Part shown: piece by piece, positions 9,537-18,540 of the stretch
Numbering within the stretch: the first letter of the stretch is position 1
How the letters are laid out: each line of letters opens with the position of its first letter
Origin: an uncultured Candidatus Bathyarchaeia archaeon
GTDB taxonomy: Archaea > Thermoproteota > Bathyarchaeia > 40CM-2-53-6 > JALHTG01
NCBI GenBank assembly: GCA_964631575.1
Contig: CAZVYD010000001.1
Location: 33,262-97,261, forward strand
Direction: 5' to 3'
DNA length: 64,000 nt
The notes under the pieces: model-generated
Databases searched by the model: none
Seen by the model: only the letters and a program-made list of their open reading frames with translations
Told to the model about the DNA's origin: nothing
Made by a program: the position numbers and the translations under genes

Positions 9537-10250
9537 TCAAACGATGACTCCTTGGACTTCTGAACGATCCAAGATTCTTCTAATGTCCTCGAAAACTTTG
9601 AGCCACACTCGCCATTTCAGTCGTCCTGTTTGGGTGTTCTGCCTGCTTGGATGATATGATACAGCGAGGAGGGGCGTGTCTTCAGCAAGCGTATGTATGG
9701 AGCCATGCCTAAACTTCAGTCTTCGACCTCTTTCAGTCTTAGCGACTCGGACGTAGGTGTCGAACGCTATCCTTCCTAATGTCAGCACAACTCTCACATT
9801 TTTCAGTAGTTCCAACTCCCCAACCAAGTACTCGGAGCAATTCAGGATCTCTTGTTTGGTCGGCTTGTTCTTAGGCGGAGCGCAGCGGACTATCGCCGTT
9901 ATATACGCCGATGTGAGCTCCAATCCGTTGTTTCTACTCACACTGCAGGATTGATTTGCGAATTTCGTCTCGTAAAGAGCCCTTATGAGCCAGTCACCTG
10001 AAGCGTCACCAGTGAACATCCTGCCAGTCCTATTGCCGCCGTGCGCGGCCGGCGCCAGACCGACGACCAAGAGTTGGGCGTGTGGGTCTCCGAAGCTTGG
10101 CAGAGGCTTTCCCCAATATTTCCAATCTTTGTATCTAGGAACCTTCAGCCTTGCTACGGCTGAGATGTGGCGTATTAATCTCGAGCATCTCCTACAGGAG
10201 ACAACCTTCTCTTGAAGGTCTCTAAGATCTGCCTCAACTTTGGCTTCCAT
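9537..10250 (-). CDS. Uracil-DNA glycosylase, family 5 (UdgB-type, Fe-S)
   Basis: CRRC, GLAPAAHGGNRTGRMFTGD, RCAPPKNKP, YHPSRQNT. Confidence 0.93.
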   Translation of the reverse strand: MEAKVEADLRDLQEKVVSCRRCSRLIRHISAVARLKVPRYKDWKYWGKPLPSFGDPHAQLLVVGLAPAAHGGNRTGRMFTGDASGDWLIRALYETKFANQSCSVSRNNGLELTSAYITAIVRCAPPKNKPTKQEILNCSEYLVGELELLKNVRVVLTLGRIAFDTYVRVAKTERGRRLKFRHGSIHTLAEDTPLLAVSYHPSRQNTQTGRLKWRVWLKVFEDIRRILDRSEVQGVIV

Positions 10251-10376
10251 GTCAATCACCAGTCCGCTGACCAACCACTCCACACGAGCATAAGAGATAC
10301 GGCTAGATAGTCTATTTCACTTGGTACTTGACGAGGCTGGCAACAATAGTCAAGGGAGAGCCCCTGTTTTCGTCTT

Positions 10377-10401
10377 TAGTGGGCCGGGCGGGATTTGGAC
10401 C
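10377..10401 (-). other. tRNA 3'-end remnant (possible att site)
   Basis: Minus strand GGTCCAAATCCCGCCCGGCCCACTA resembles the T-loop/T-stem/acceptor 3' strand of archaeal GGGCCGG-acceptor tRNAs; no matching 5' half upstream. Confidence 0.55.
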
Positions 10402-10504
10402 TACCTAGTTGAATTTTCTGGGTCGGGAAATCCTAATTGGATGCGTTGCTTAGCTCTCATGAATAGCTGATGATTAACGAGCGGTTGCTGCAGAGAGGAA
10501 TCGT

Positions 10505-11437
10505 ATGGGGAGCTATGTTGCCGTAGCGAGAGGAAAGGCCAAGGACGCCACCATTGAAGCTCTCAAGAGACTGCGTCCAAGGCTCACGGGCTCTAAGATA
10601 CTCATAAAGCCCAACTTGGCCTCCTACGTGAGAGACAGGGGAGAAAACACTGACGTTCGAGTTGTCGAGGGCATAGTTGAATACTTTCACGACAAAGGGG
10701 ACATAACCATAGCTGAAGGCTGTTGTGGTTCCCTTGGTCTGAAGCCCAAGTCCACCAAGAGACTATTTGATTTTGCAGGTTATTCGAGACTCGAACAGAA
10801 GTATGGAGTGAAGCTATTTGATCTGAACACGGATGTCTTTGAAGGGGTCAAGCTCTATGATAAGATGTTTGGCGTGGCAAAAGCGGTGTTGGATACGGAC
10901 TACTTAGTCACCGCGCCAGCCCTAAAGACCCACGAATATACCACGATATCGGCATGTGTAAAGAACCTGATGGGATGCCTAGAGCCTAGACCAGCGCGTG
11001 GCCATGAAACAGCAACAAAGTGGGAGATCCATGCTGAGCTCTCAGAAGCAGACCTGTCAGAAGGCCTTTCTCAATACAGGTCAGCGCTCGGCAAGTTTGA
11101 ACGTCGGCTCGTCGATCTCTATGTGAAATTGTCGCCAAAGCTCGGGGTCATAGATGCAATCACTGCAGGCGAGGGAGATGCACCTACTCACGGAACTCCA
11201 ATACATATGGGCATAGTGTTAGCCTCCGAGAATCCAGTAAGCTGCGACGCTGTCGCGACCTACTTGATAGGAGTAGACCCGAGCACTGTCGGTCACCTGC
11301 GGCTGGCCAAGAATCAACATCTGGGAGAGATTGACATCAAGGAAATCGAGACAAACGTAGATCTTCGACATCACAAGAGAAAATTCAGACTGCCCTCATC
11401 CATAGTCTGTTTGCGCAAATCATGGCCTAGCCATTGA
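10505..11437 (+). CDS. DUF362 domain protein (Fe-S associated)
   Basis: ILIKPNL, TD.RVV, IAEG, PALKTH, VKNLMG, IDAITAGEGDAP..G, NPVSCDA. Confidence 0.88.
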   Translation: MGSYVAVARGKAKDATIEALKRLRPRLTGSKILIKPNLASYVRDRGENTDVRVVEGIVEYFHDKGDITIAEGCCGSLGLKPKSTKRLFDFAGYSRLEQKYGVKLFDLNTDVFEGVKLYDKMFGVAKAVLDTDYLVTAPALKTHEYTTISACVKNLMGCLEPRPARGHETATKWEIHAELSEADLSEGLSQYRSALGKFERRLVDLYVKLSPKLGVIDAITAGEGDAPTHGTPIHMGIVLASENPVSCDAVATYLIGVDPSTVGHLRLAKNQHLGEIDIKEIETNVDLRHHKRKFRLPSSIVCLRKSWPSH

Positions 11438-11657
11438 GATTGCTAAGTAGACTCCTGGGATTCCGAGTAAGAGTAAAGGAGAGAAGCATCCTCCCTAGTT
11501 CATGTTCGACATTCATCCAATGTTCTTCGCTATCTTCTCTCGAACTTGCTGAGCGAGAAGGCCACGTTAGGTCCGGGAATAACGAGTGGCATTGAAAGAC
11601 AGGCGGGTCTTGGAAACCCTGTTTTCTTATTGGATTTTGGGAATGGGTCTGAAGGTC

Positions 11658-13364
11658 TTATGCTGTCTTGATCGCCTTCACCTTTTCGAGGCCCAGTTCC
11701 TTCACTGCTATCTCTTTCATTTTAAATTTCTGGATCTTTCCTGTGACTGTCATTGGGAATTCTTCTGTGAACTTGATGTATTTCGGTATCTTGTAGTATG
11801 AGATCTTATCACGGCAGAATTCCCGTATCTCCTCTTCAGTTGCTGTTGCGTTTTCTCTCAGCTGGATCCAAGCCATAACCTCTTCACCATATTTCTCGCT
11901 TGGAACTCCAATCACTTGAGCATCGCTTATCTTCGGGTGAGTGTGGAGGAGTTCCTCTATTTCTCGCGGATAGATGTTCTCTCCTCCACGGATGATCATA
12001 TCCTTGAGCCTGCCCACAATGTTGACATATCCGTCTGGTCGCATGGTTCCAATGTCTCCCGTGCGCATCCAGCGTGCCTGATCGATCACTTCTTTTGTCG
12101 CCTCGGGATTGTTCCAGTAACCCAACATGACGAGGTAGCCTCGAACACAGATCTCTCCCGCAACACCATGCGGCACAGTCTGATTTGTGGCCGGGTCTAT
12201 GATCTTGATCTCGACATGAGGAATGGCGCGGCCGACAGTGGTAACTCGCTTGTCAACAGGGTCATCTGCTGATGTCTGTAGAGATACTGGAGATGTTTCG
12301 GTCATTCCGTAGGCGATTGTGATCTGTCTGATCCCCATCAGGTTCATGACTCTTCTCATGACCTCGATCGGGCAGGGAGCTCCTGCCATGATTCCTGTCC
12401 GTAGGGACGATAAGTCATATTTCGAAAAGTCCGGGTGATCCAGCTCGGCTATGAACATGGTTGGCACGCCGTGGACTGCTGTGCACCTCTCTTGCTCTAC
12501 GGTTTCAAGCACCTTTCCTGCGTCAAAGGCCTCCGAAGGCAGAACCATTGTGGCGCCATGAGTCGCACACAACAGGTTTGAAAGAACCATCCCGAAGCAA
12601 TGATAGAAGGGAACAGGGATGCATAGCCTGTCCTTCTCAGTGAACCTCAGCATTTCTCCTACGAAGAATCCATTGTTGAGAATGTTGAAGTGGCTTAGAG
12701 TGGCGCCTTTCGGGAAGCCTGTAGTTCCTGATGTATATTGGATGTTAATGGCGTCGTCGAATTCGAGGCTTCTTTGGCGTTCAGCAACCAAGGGTTCAGA
12801 AGCGTCCTTGCCCAGACCCATAATGTCTGTCCATCGGTGCATTCCAGGTTGCCGTTCCTCCTCCATTAGGATTAGAGATCTCAGGGCAGGAAGTTTGGCC
12901 GAGTCGATGACTAGGCTACCTGCTTTTTTCGCTTCCGGGACAAGTTCGTATATTATCGAAACGTAGTCAGATCTCTTGAATTTGGTCGCCGATATGAGGT
13001 ACTTGACTCCTGATTGCTTCAGGGCGTACTCCAACTCGAATATTCGGTACGATGGGTTGATGTTGACAAGTATCGCACCAATCTTTGCCGTAGCGAACTG
13101 GGTGATCACCCACTCCATGTTGTTGGGTGACCATATACCGACACGCTCTCCTTTTCTAACTCCCAGCTGAATGAGGCCTCTCGCGAATTGATCCACAACT
13201 CTCTTGAGATCCAAGTAGCTGTATCTGATCCCCTGATGCCGAACGACTACTGCGTCTCTCTCCGGGTATCTTGCCGCAATCTTGTCGAAGTAATCGCCAA
13301 TCGTTTCCCCTATGAGAGGCGTCCCTGAAGAGCCGTGCGAGTAGCTCAAACCCGTGCTGCTCAA
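11658..13364 (-). CDS. AMP-dependent acyl-CoA synthetase (ACSF2-like)
   Basis: [43 protein letters not shown]. Confidence 0.93.
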   Translation of the reverse strand: MSSTGLSYSHGSSGTPLIGETIGDYFDKIAARYPERDAVVVRHQGIRYSYLDLKRVVDQFARGLIQLGVRKGERVGIWSPNNMEWVITQFATAKIGAILVNINPSYRIFELEYALKQSGVKYLISATKFKRSDYVSIIYELVPEAKKAGSLVIDSAKLPALRSLILMEEERQPGMHRWTDIMGLGKDASEPLVAERQRSLEFDDAINIQYTSGTTGFPKGATLSHFNILNNGFFVGEMLRFTEKDRLCIPVPFYHCFGMVLSNLLCATHGATMVLPSEAFDAGKVLETVEQERCTAVHGVPTMFIAELDHPDFSKYDLSSLRTGIMAGAPCPIEVMRRVMNLMGIRQITIAYGMTETSPVSLQTSADDPVDKRVTTVGRAIPHVEIKIIDPATNQTVPHGVAGEICVRGYLVMLGYWNNPEATKEVIDQARWMRTGDIGTMRPDGYVNIVGRLKDMIIRGGENIYPREIEELLHTHPKISDAQVIGVPSEKYGEEVMAWIQLRENATATEEEIREFCRDKISYYKIPKYIKFTEEFPMTVTGKIQKFKMKEIAVKELGLEKVKAIKTA

Positions 13365-13627
13365 TTCTGCCTCTTAGCCTCCAGGGAACCAAGGATCAGC
13401 TTTTCCGGGCGTTCCAAGCCTATCGCATTACGCGGTATAAAAGCTGCGCGCGCTTCAGTAGTGAACCGGCCTGGACTCACATCTGTCTCCATGGAAAAGA
13501 ATGTCTAGTGAAGCGTCCAGTTATGAACGAATGAACAAACATGGAACCTTTGAAAAGCCACTCGTATTACATAGGTGGTTGAATGAGGAGAAAATAAGAC
13601 AGGCAAGGATTAACGAGGTATTCTAGG

Positions 13628-14575
13628 ATGAGAAGAATCAGAAAGAAGCAATATGCAAGTCTTTCCGCCATCGCAGATTGCACGCTTGGCCCTCTCAACA
13701 AGCCAATCGCCACTGTAAGCCCCGGCGAAACGGTTCAGATCGAGACGTTTGACTGCTTCAGCGACATCATCAAACCCGGTAAGGATCTAGCCAAAGCGCT
13801 GAAGGAACACGTAGACATCTTTCACAATGTAGCTACAGGCCCGATCTACATTGAAGGAGCCGAAGCAGGCGACACTCTGCTAGTGGAGATCGTGGAGTTT
13901 GAGTTGCCCAGTTACGGTGTGACAACGACTGTTCCAGGGTTCGGAGCACTTGAGGGATGGCTTACGGAAACGCTGGCCCTAACGAGGTTCTCCAAGATAC
14001 ATGGTGGCAAGATCACTTTCGGAATAGGTGAGAACAGACATGTCGCAATCGAGGCTCACCCGTTCGTTGGAACGATCGGTGTTGCCCCCGCATCCGAAAG
14101 CATTCCAACAACCACACCGGGAAAGCACGGTGGTAACATGGATGTTCCCGATGTCTGCGAAGGAAACACGCTCAAGCTTCCGGTCGCAGTGAAGGGTGCG
14201 CTCTTTGGGTTGGGAGATGTCCACGCAGTGCAAGGCGACGGTGAAATTTGTGGAACCGCAGTCGAGGTTCCGGCCGTCGTGACAGTCAGGTTCGATCTGG
14301 AGAAAGGTCGGAAAATAGAATGGCCGAGAATCGAGTCACCTGACGAAGTCATGACTGTCTGCAGCGCGAGGCCTCTGGAAGATGCGGCCCGATTGGCTTT
14401 CCGAGAGATGGTGAGATGGCTTGAGACAGACTACGGCGTCAACCAATACGACGCATACATGCTATTGAGCCTGACCGCAACCGCGAGAATCGCCCAGATT
14501 GTGGACCCGCTCTACACGGTCGTTGTCAAGCTCCAGAAGAAGTACCTGAAACAGCTCAAGCAAGAGAAGGCGTAA
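13628..14575 (+). CDS. Acetamidase/formamidase family protein
   Basis: TGPIYIEGAEAGDTL, PFVGTIGVAP, HGGNMD, GDVHAVQGDGE. Confidence 0.92.
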   Translation: MRRIRKKQYASLSAIADCTLGPLNKPIATVSPGETVQIETFDCFSDIIKPGKDLAKALKEHVDIFHNVATGPIYIEGAEAGDTLLVEIVEFELPSYGVTTTVPGFGALEGWLTETLALTRFSKIHGGKITFGIGENRHVAIEAHPFVGTIGVAPASESIPTTTPGKHGGNMDVPDVCEGNTLKLPVAVKGALFGLGDVHAVQGDGEICGTAVEVPAVVTVRFDLEKGRKIEWPRIESPDEVMTVCSARPLEDAARLAFREMVRWLETDYGVNQYDAYMLLSLTATARIAQIVDPLYTVVVKLQKKYLKQLKQEKA

Positions 14576-14657
14576 ACCGTCTTGCTTAATGAAGGGTATC
14601 GTGGAGGGAGTGTGGACAAGGTAGCCCGTTTCTGCCGGATCTGTAGGTTACGCTCGC

Positions 14658-14789
14658 TCATTTGTTCTTCTGGGTAACCTGTCCGTTAGAGCGCTTTTGA
14701 CCTGTACTCTTTCTCCACAACTGTGCTATGCCGAACACAGCAGCAACCAGAATTGCGCCGACAACCGCACCAGCTATTTTTCCGTTCAA
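14658..14789 (-). CDS. Small single-pass membrane protein (43 aa)
   Basis: GGAGGTGA SD 6 nt before TTG; MNGKIAGAVVGAILVAAVFGIAQLWRKSTGQKRSNGQVTQKNK has one TM helix and a basic tail. Confidence 0.6.
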   Translation of the reverse strand: MNGKIAGAVVGAILVAAVFGIAQLWRKSTGQKRSNGQVTQKNK

Positions 14790-15033
14790 CCGCTTTCACC
14801 TCCACAAAATCCTTCGCCTGAACCATTTTGCTCGCTACAACGATAATTGTTGAAGGAGCATGATTCCCTAAAAACCGCAGACTCAGCAACCTCGACTCAA
14901 CCGCTTTTGAGTCAAACGCAAAGGCAATCGGCTGAGAAGCTCCATGAAAACACAACGTCTCAAGACAGTAAAAGACTTAAATGCTCCATTAGCTGCGGCA
15001 ACCGATTATCGATGCTACTGACAGGCGAGAACA

Positions 15034-15507
15034 ATGGTAGATGTAAAACGTCTTCTTGAGTACAATCGCGAAATCAGGCACAGGTACTTCGATGCTCTGG
15101 CCCGTCTTCCATGGGAGGAGTTGACAAAGAACCGAGAAGCCAGCTGGCACTCCCTTAGGAACATATTCCTGCACACCCTCGGCGCTATAGAACATTGGCT
15201 CGATGTTTTAGAGAATAAGGAGAAAATCAAACGCCGAGGCTTCGACGAATACACTAACACTGAAGATATCCGGCGATACATGGAGGGAGTGGAAGGCCGG
15301 CTGCACAAATATCTCAACGGCCTGCCCCAATCCGAATTGGAGAAGAAGTTCAACATGAAAAATGACGAAGGAAAAGATGTTGAGCCGACCGCGGAGGACA
15401 TATTGATTCACGTCTTTGAGGAGGAGGTCCATCACCGCGGCGAGTTGATCGCCCTTCTCTGGCAGATGGGTATCGAGCCCCCTCTGATGGGTTGGATGAG
15501 CCTCTAA
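15034..15507 (+). CDS. DinB/YfiT family protein
   Basis: SLRNIFLH and HVFEEEVHHRGEL metal-binding His motifs. Confidence 0.88.
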   Translation: MVDVKRLLEYNREIRHRYFDALARLPWEELTKNREASWHSLRNIFLHTLGAIEHWLDVLENKEKIKRRGFDEYTNTEDIRRYMEGVEGRLHKYLNGLPQSELEKKFNMKNDEGKDVEPTAEDILIHVFEEEVHHRGELIALLWQMGIEPPLMGWMSL

Positions 15508-15521
15508 AGGAGAGAGAGCTC

Positions 15522-16082
15522 ATGGCAAAGATCCTTGGGAAGACCTCAGATTCCTTGTTCCCATTACCTGCTATGCTGATCTCATGCGCAGGCAAAAAGA
15601 GAAACAGAAACCTGATCACTCTGGCATGGGTTTCGAAGGTCTGCGCAGAGCCGCCGATGCTCGCAGTCGCTGTTCGCCCAAGTAGGCACTCATACAGCAT
15701 AATCAAGGACAGCGGAGAGTTCATCGTGAATGTTCCTACAGAGAGCATCATTCGCCAAGTGGATTTCTGCGGGAACACTTCTGGGAAAACTGTTGACAAG
15801 TTCAAGGAAACAGGATTGACGCCTCAGCCAGCTTCAAAGGTTAAGGCGCCGCTTGTCAAGGAGTGCCCAGTCAACTTCGAGTGTATAGTGCGCCAGTCTG
15901 TTCGACTTGGTTCACATGATCTTATCATCGGAGAGGTCGTTGCCGTGCAAGTCGATGACTCGGTTGTTGACGCACAGGGAAAGATAGACTACACAAAGGC
16001 GAAGCCAGTCGTCTATGTAGCACCCGGATACTGGAACTTGGCAAAGCAGATCGGGACATACGGATATTCAGTCAAAACCTAG
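15522..16082 (+). CDS. Flavin reductase family protein (flavoredoxin-like)
   Basis: FPLPAMLISC, EPPMLAVAV, GEFIVNVP, ECPVNFEC, GSHDLIIGEV. Confidence 0.9.
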   Translation: MAKILGKTSDSLFPLPAMLISCAGKKRNRNLITLAWVSKVCAEPPMLAVAVRPSRHSYSIIKDSGEFIVNVPTESIIRQVDFCGNTSGKTVDKFKETGLTPQPASKVKAPLVKECPVNFECIVRQSVRLGSHDLIIGEVVAVQVDDSVVDAQGKIDYTKAKPVVYVAPGYWNLAKQIGTYGYSVKT

Positions 16083-16247
16083 ATTCGTTGTTTCTGCTAC
16101 ATAAGCGACGGTGGATCTTGGGAGAACCTGTATCGGCAAGTTATACGAAACATGACCATTTCATAGAGATACTTGAAAGCCATGGAACGCAGTAAGATTG
16201 TGAAAGAGTTAAAAGAGCAGAGAGCCAAATAACTATGTGACTGCAAA

Positions 16248-17342
16248 ATGAGAACCTCCTCAATTCTAGCGGCTTCTCTGATCGTTGCAATTATCTTGGG
16301 TCGTGTAGCTGCGGTATCACTCGCCGAATCTCAATACACACTGAAGAATGCGATTTATGTCAAGATAACTTACAATCAAAAGGTGATCAACAATGGACCA
16401 GGCACCTTGTCAACACTCAATGTGTACATGCTACCTCCCGTAAATACATCTCGCCAGAAGGTGCTGAAATTCCTAAGCGAGCGACCTGCCGACTCAATTG
16501 TGGAGGATGAGTGGGGTCAAAGGATATTCAATCACTCATTCCAAAACGTTCAGGCTGGGCAGACCATAAGTGTCACATGGGTCGCGCTGGTAGAACTCTC
16601 CGAGATCAATTATGATGTGTCTCCGTCAAATGTCGGAACTCTTTCGGAGATACCTGCCGAAATTCTTGAATTATACACAAAGGACGATGTCATGTACGAT
16701 ATTAGCAACCAGATTGTGCAGAACGCTGCAAGCGACGCGGTGGGAAGCGAAACCAACCTGTATCACATGGTACTGAAGATCCACGACTATGTCATTGGTC
16801 ATCTGACTTATGAGATGGACAGTCAATGGGAACCCGCACCAGCCATTTTGGCGCAGGGCAAAGGATCCTGCTCAGAATACACATGTGTCTTCATCGCGAT
16901 GTGTCGGGCGAAAGGTATTCCCGCAAGATTCGGAGGAGGATCAGCTTCACGTGACCCCTATCAAACAAAAGTTGACACTGCTGGACACAGATGGCAAGAA
17001 GTCTACATACCAAAGTACGGATGGTTGCCGATTGATGTAACGTGGGATGATAGAAGCAAACAGAGTGAAAGGTACCTACACTTCCTTCGTATGCCGAACA
17101 CTCATCTCACAATGGCAACTGCTGGAGGCAGTTCGAAGTACATGGAATGGAGATACAATTCAAATGTTGTCTATCAAAAAGCATCGGACACGAAAGTTAC
17201 GAGATCATGGTCATGCGTCTGGGAACCAGCGACACCAAACACGCCGATCCCAGAACTCGTTCAACCAATGTCGATACTGGTCGCGGCCATGACCTTGGGA
17301 TTCTTTCTGCTGAGATCTAGACAAAGCAGACGAAGCTCGTGA
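16248..17342 (+). CDS. Secreted transglutaminase-like cysteine protease with PEF-CTERM-like tail
   Basis: Signal peptide; GSCSEY, CRAKGIPAR, HRWQEVY, W.PIDVT triad; C-terminal PIPEL + TM + RSRQSRR. Confidence 0.85.
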   Translation: MRTSSILAASLIVAIILGRVAAVSLAESQYTLKNAIYVKITYNQKVINNGPGTLSTLNVYMLPPVNTSRQKVLKFLSERPADSIVEDEWGQRIFNHSFQNVQAGQTISVTWVALVELSEINYDVSPSNVGTLSEIPAEILELYTKDDVMYDISNQIVQNAASDAVGSETNLYHMVLKIHDYVIGHLTYEMDSQWEPAPAILAQGKGSCSEYTCVFIAMCRAKGIPARFGGGSASRDPYQTKVDTAGHRWQEVYIPKYGWLPIDVTWDDRSKQSERYLHFLRMPNTHLTMATAGGSSKYMEWRYNSNVVYQKASDTKVTRSWSCVWEPATPNTPIPELVQPMSILVAAMTLGFFLLRSRQSRRSS

Positions 17343-17532
17343 TTCAACAGTTTTCCCACTTTCTGAACTTTAGGCCCGTCTCTCTGAGGAATCTGCTTCG
17401 CAAGAAGCAGCTCGCTGAGGCTCGCCTGATCGTTTTAGGTCGAGCATGGACTGATCATATGTATGATTCCTTCATCTGCCTTTTATCTGAGCAATATTGT
17501 TCTCCCTCGGTGGATTGAGAGGAGGTGAACAT

Positions 17533-17691
17533 ATGGCATTGGCGCAGAGAGCCGTCGGAGGATCAGCTGTCCTAGGCTTGATCATAGCTGTCGGAGGGCT
17601 TCTCGTAACGGTCGCATCTTTCTACTTGATCCTCAAAATCGCTGGGCTCGTAGACGCATTGAAAGACAAGGTCAAAGAAATGAAAGTCTAG
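17533..17691 (+). CDS. Small membrane protein (52 aa)
   Basis: GGAGGTGA SD then ATG; hydrophobic helix followed by a charged tail. Confidence 0.65.
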   Translation: MALAQRAVGGSAVLGLIIAVGGLLVTVASFYLILKIAGLVDALKDKVKEMKV

Positions 17692-17803
17692 ACGGGATCA
17701 CTCATCTTTTTCAGTGTAACCTCTTTTTCTATCGCACAAATCCGACCCTGTGATTAAGGTCACAATATCAAGCGGGCTAGGGACCAGGCCAAAGGCTTCA
17801 AGA

Positions 17804-18091
17804 TTAGTCCTTTATGGCTTCAATTATGCTGACGACGTTCCACAACTTCACACGTGTATAAGGAGGCATATTTGGATCCTGAGAGATCTCATCAAGAATC
17901 GAAATGGCGTTCGATGCTCTTACGCCCAAACTGTGCTCTGCCACCTGCAAGGCATCTGCAGCCTCCTTCGCCGCACGCCGGATATTCCTAGGGGTCGTAT
18001 TGTCCTGAGCCACCTCATTAAGCACGGCCAACGCCTGATTGATACGCGATTGGTACTCTTCCTTTCTCTTCGAAACCTTCTGCGCTGGCAA
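17804..18091 (-). CDS. UPF0147 family protein
   Basis: D.TTPRNIRRAA and LDEISQDPNMPPYTR..LW. Confidence 0.92.
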   Translation of the reverse strand: MPAQKVSKRKEEYQSRINQALAVLNEVAQDNTTPRNIRRAAKEAADALQVAEHSLGVRASNAISILDEISQDPNMPPYTRVKLWNVVSIIEAIKD

Positions 18092-18171
18092 GTCTGATCC
18101 CCACCATTAATAAGGGAATTACGCATGAATCTAACGAACTAACTAAAATTCTTTCCTTGGAGTAGCTCAGG

Positions 18172-18531
18172 TTGAAGAGCGATACGCATTATCTGACGAG
18201 GGCGGCAGAGCTCCTCAGATCCGGAGCAACAATGCTAGCCCAACCCTGCCCGGCCTGTAGCACTCCCCTTTTCAAGCTTGGTGAACAGGTCGTCTGCGCC
18301 AAGTGTAACAGGCCCGTGATCATCCTGAAGGCGGCAGAAGACGAGAGCAGGATCCTTCGAGAGAGAACCCTCGCGAGCATCGAGCAGACTTTACTCGGAA
18401 AGATAAGAGAGGTGCAGTCTGCAATCGAGAAGGAACAGGATCCTGCGAAAACATCGCAACTCACAGAGAGTCTCTCAGGCTTGCTAGGTGCTTTAGAGAA
18501 GCTGAGGAAGACCGAGTGCAAGTCTTCCTAG
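18172..18531 (+). CDS. UPF0148 / Sjogren's syndrome-scleroderma autoantigen 1 family Zn-ribbon protein
   Basis: AAELLRSGATML..CPAC.TPLF...CAKC. Confidence 0.88.
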   Translation: MKSDTHYLTRAAELLRSGATMLAQPCPACSTPLFKLGEQVVCAKCNRPVIILKAAEDESRILRERTLASIEQTLLGKIREVQSAIEKEQDPAKTSQLTESLSGLLGALEKLRKTECKSS

Positions 18532-18540
18532 GACTATCTA

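Noticed and set aside
10377..10455. Complete tRNA gene
   Set aside because: No complementary 5' acceptor strand, D arm or anticodon arm; only the 3' ~20 nt is tRNA-like.
14686..14955. Cys-rich ORF (WCGCRRNSGCCCV) as a metallothionein
   Set aside because: It is an alternative frame of a hydrophobic microprotein that has the well-placed SD; the Cys richness is a by-product.
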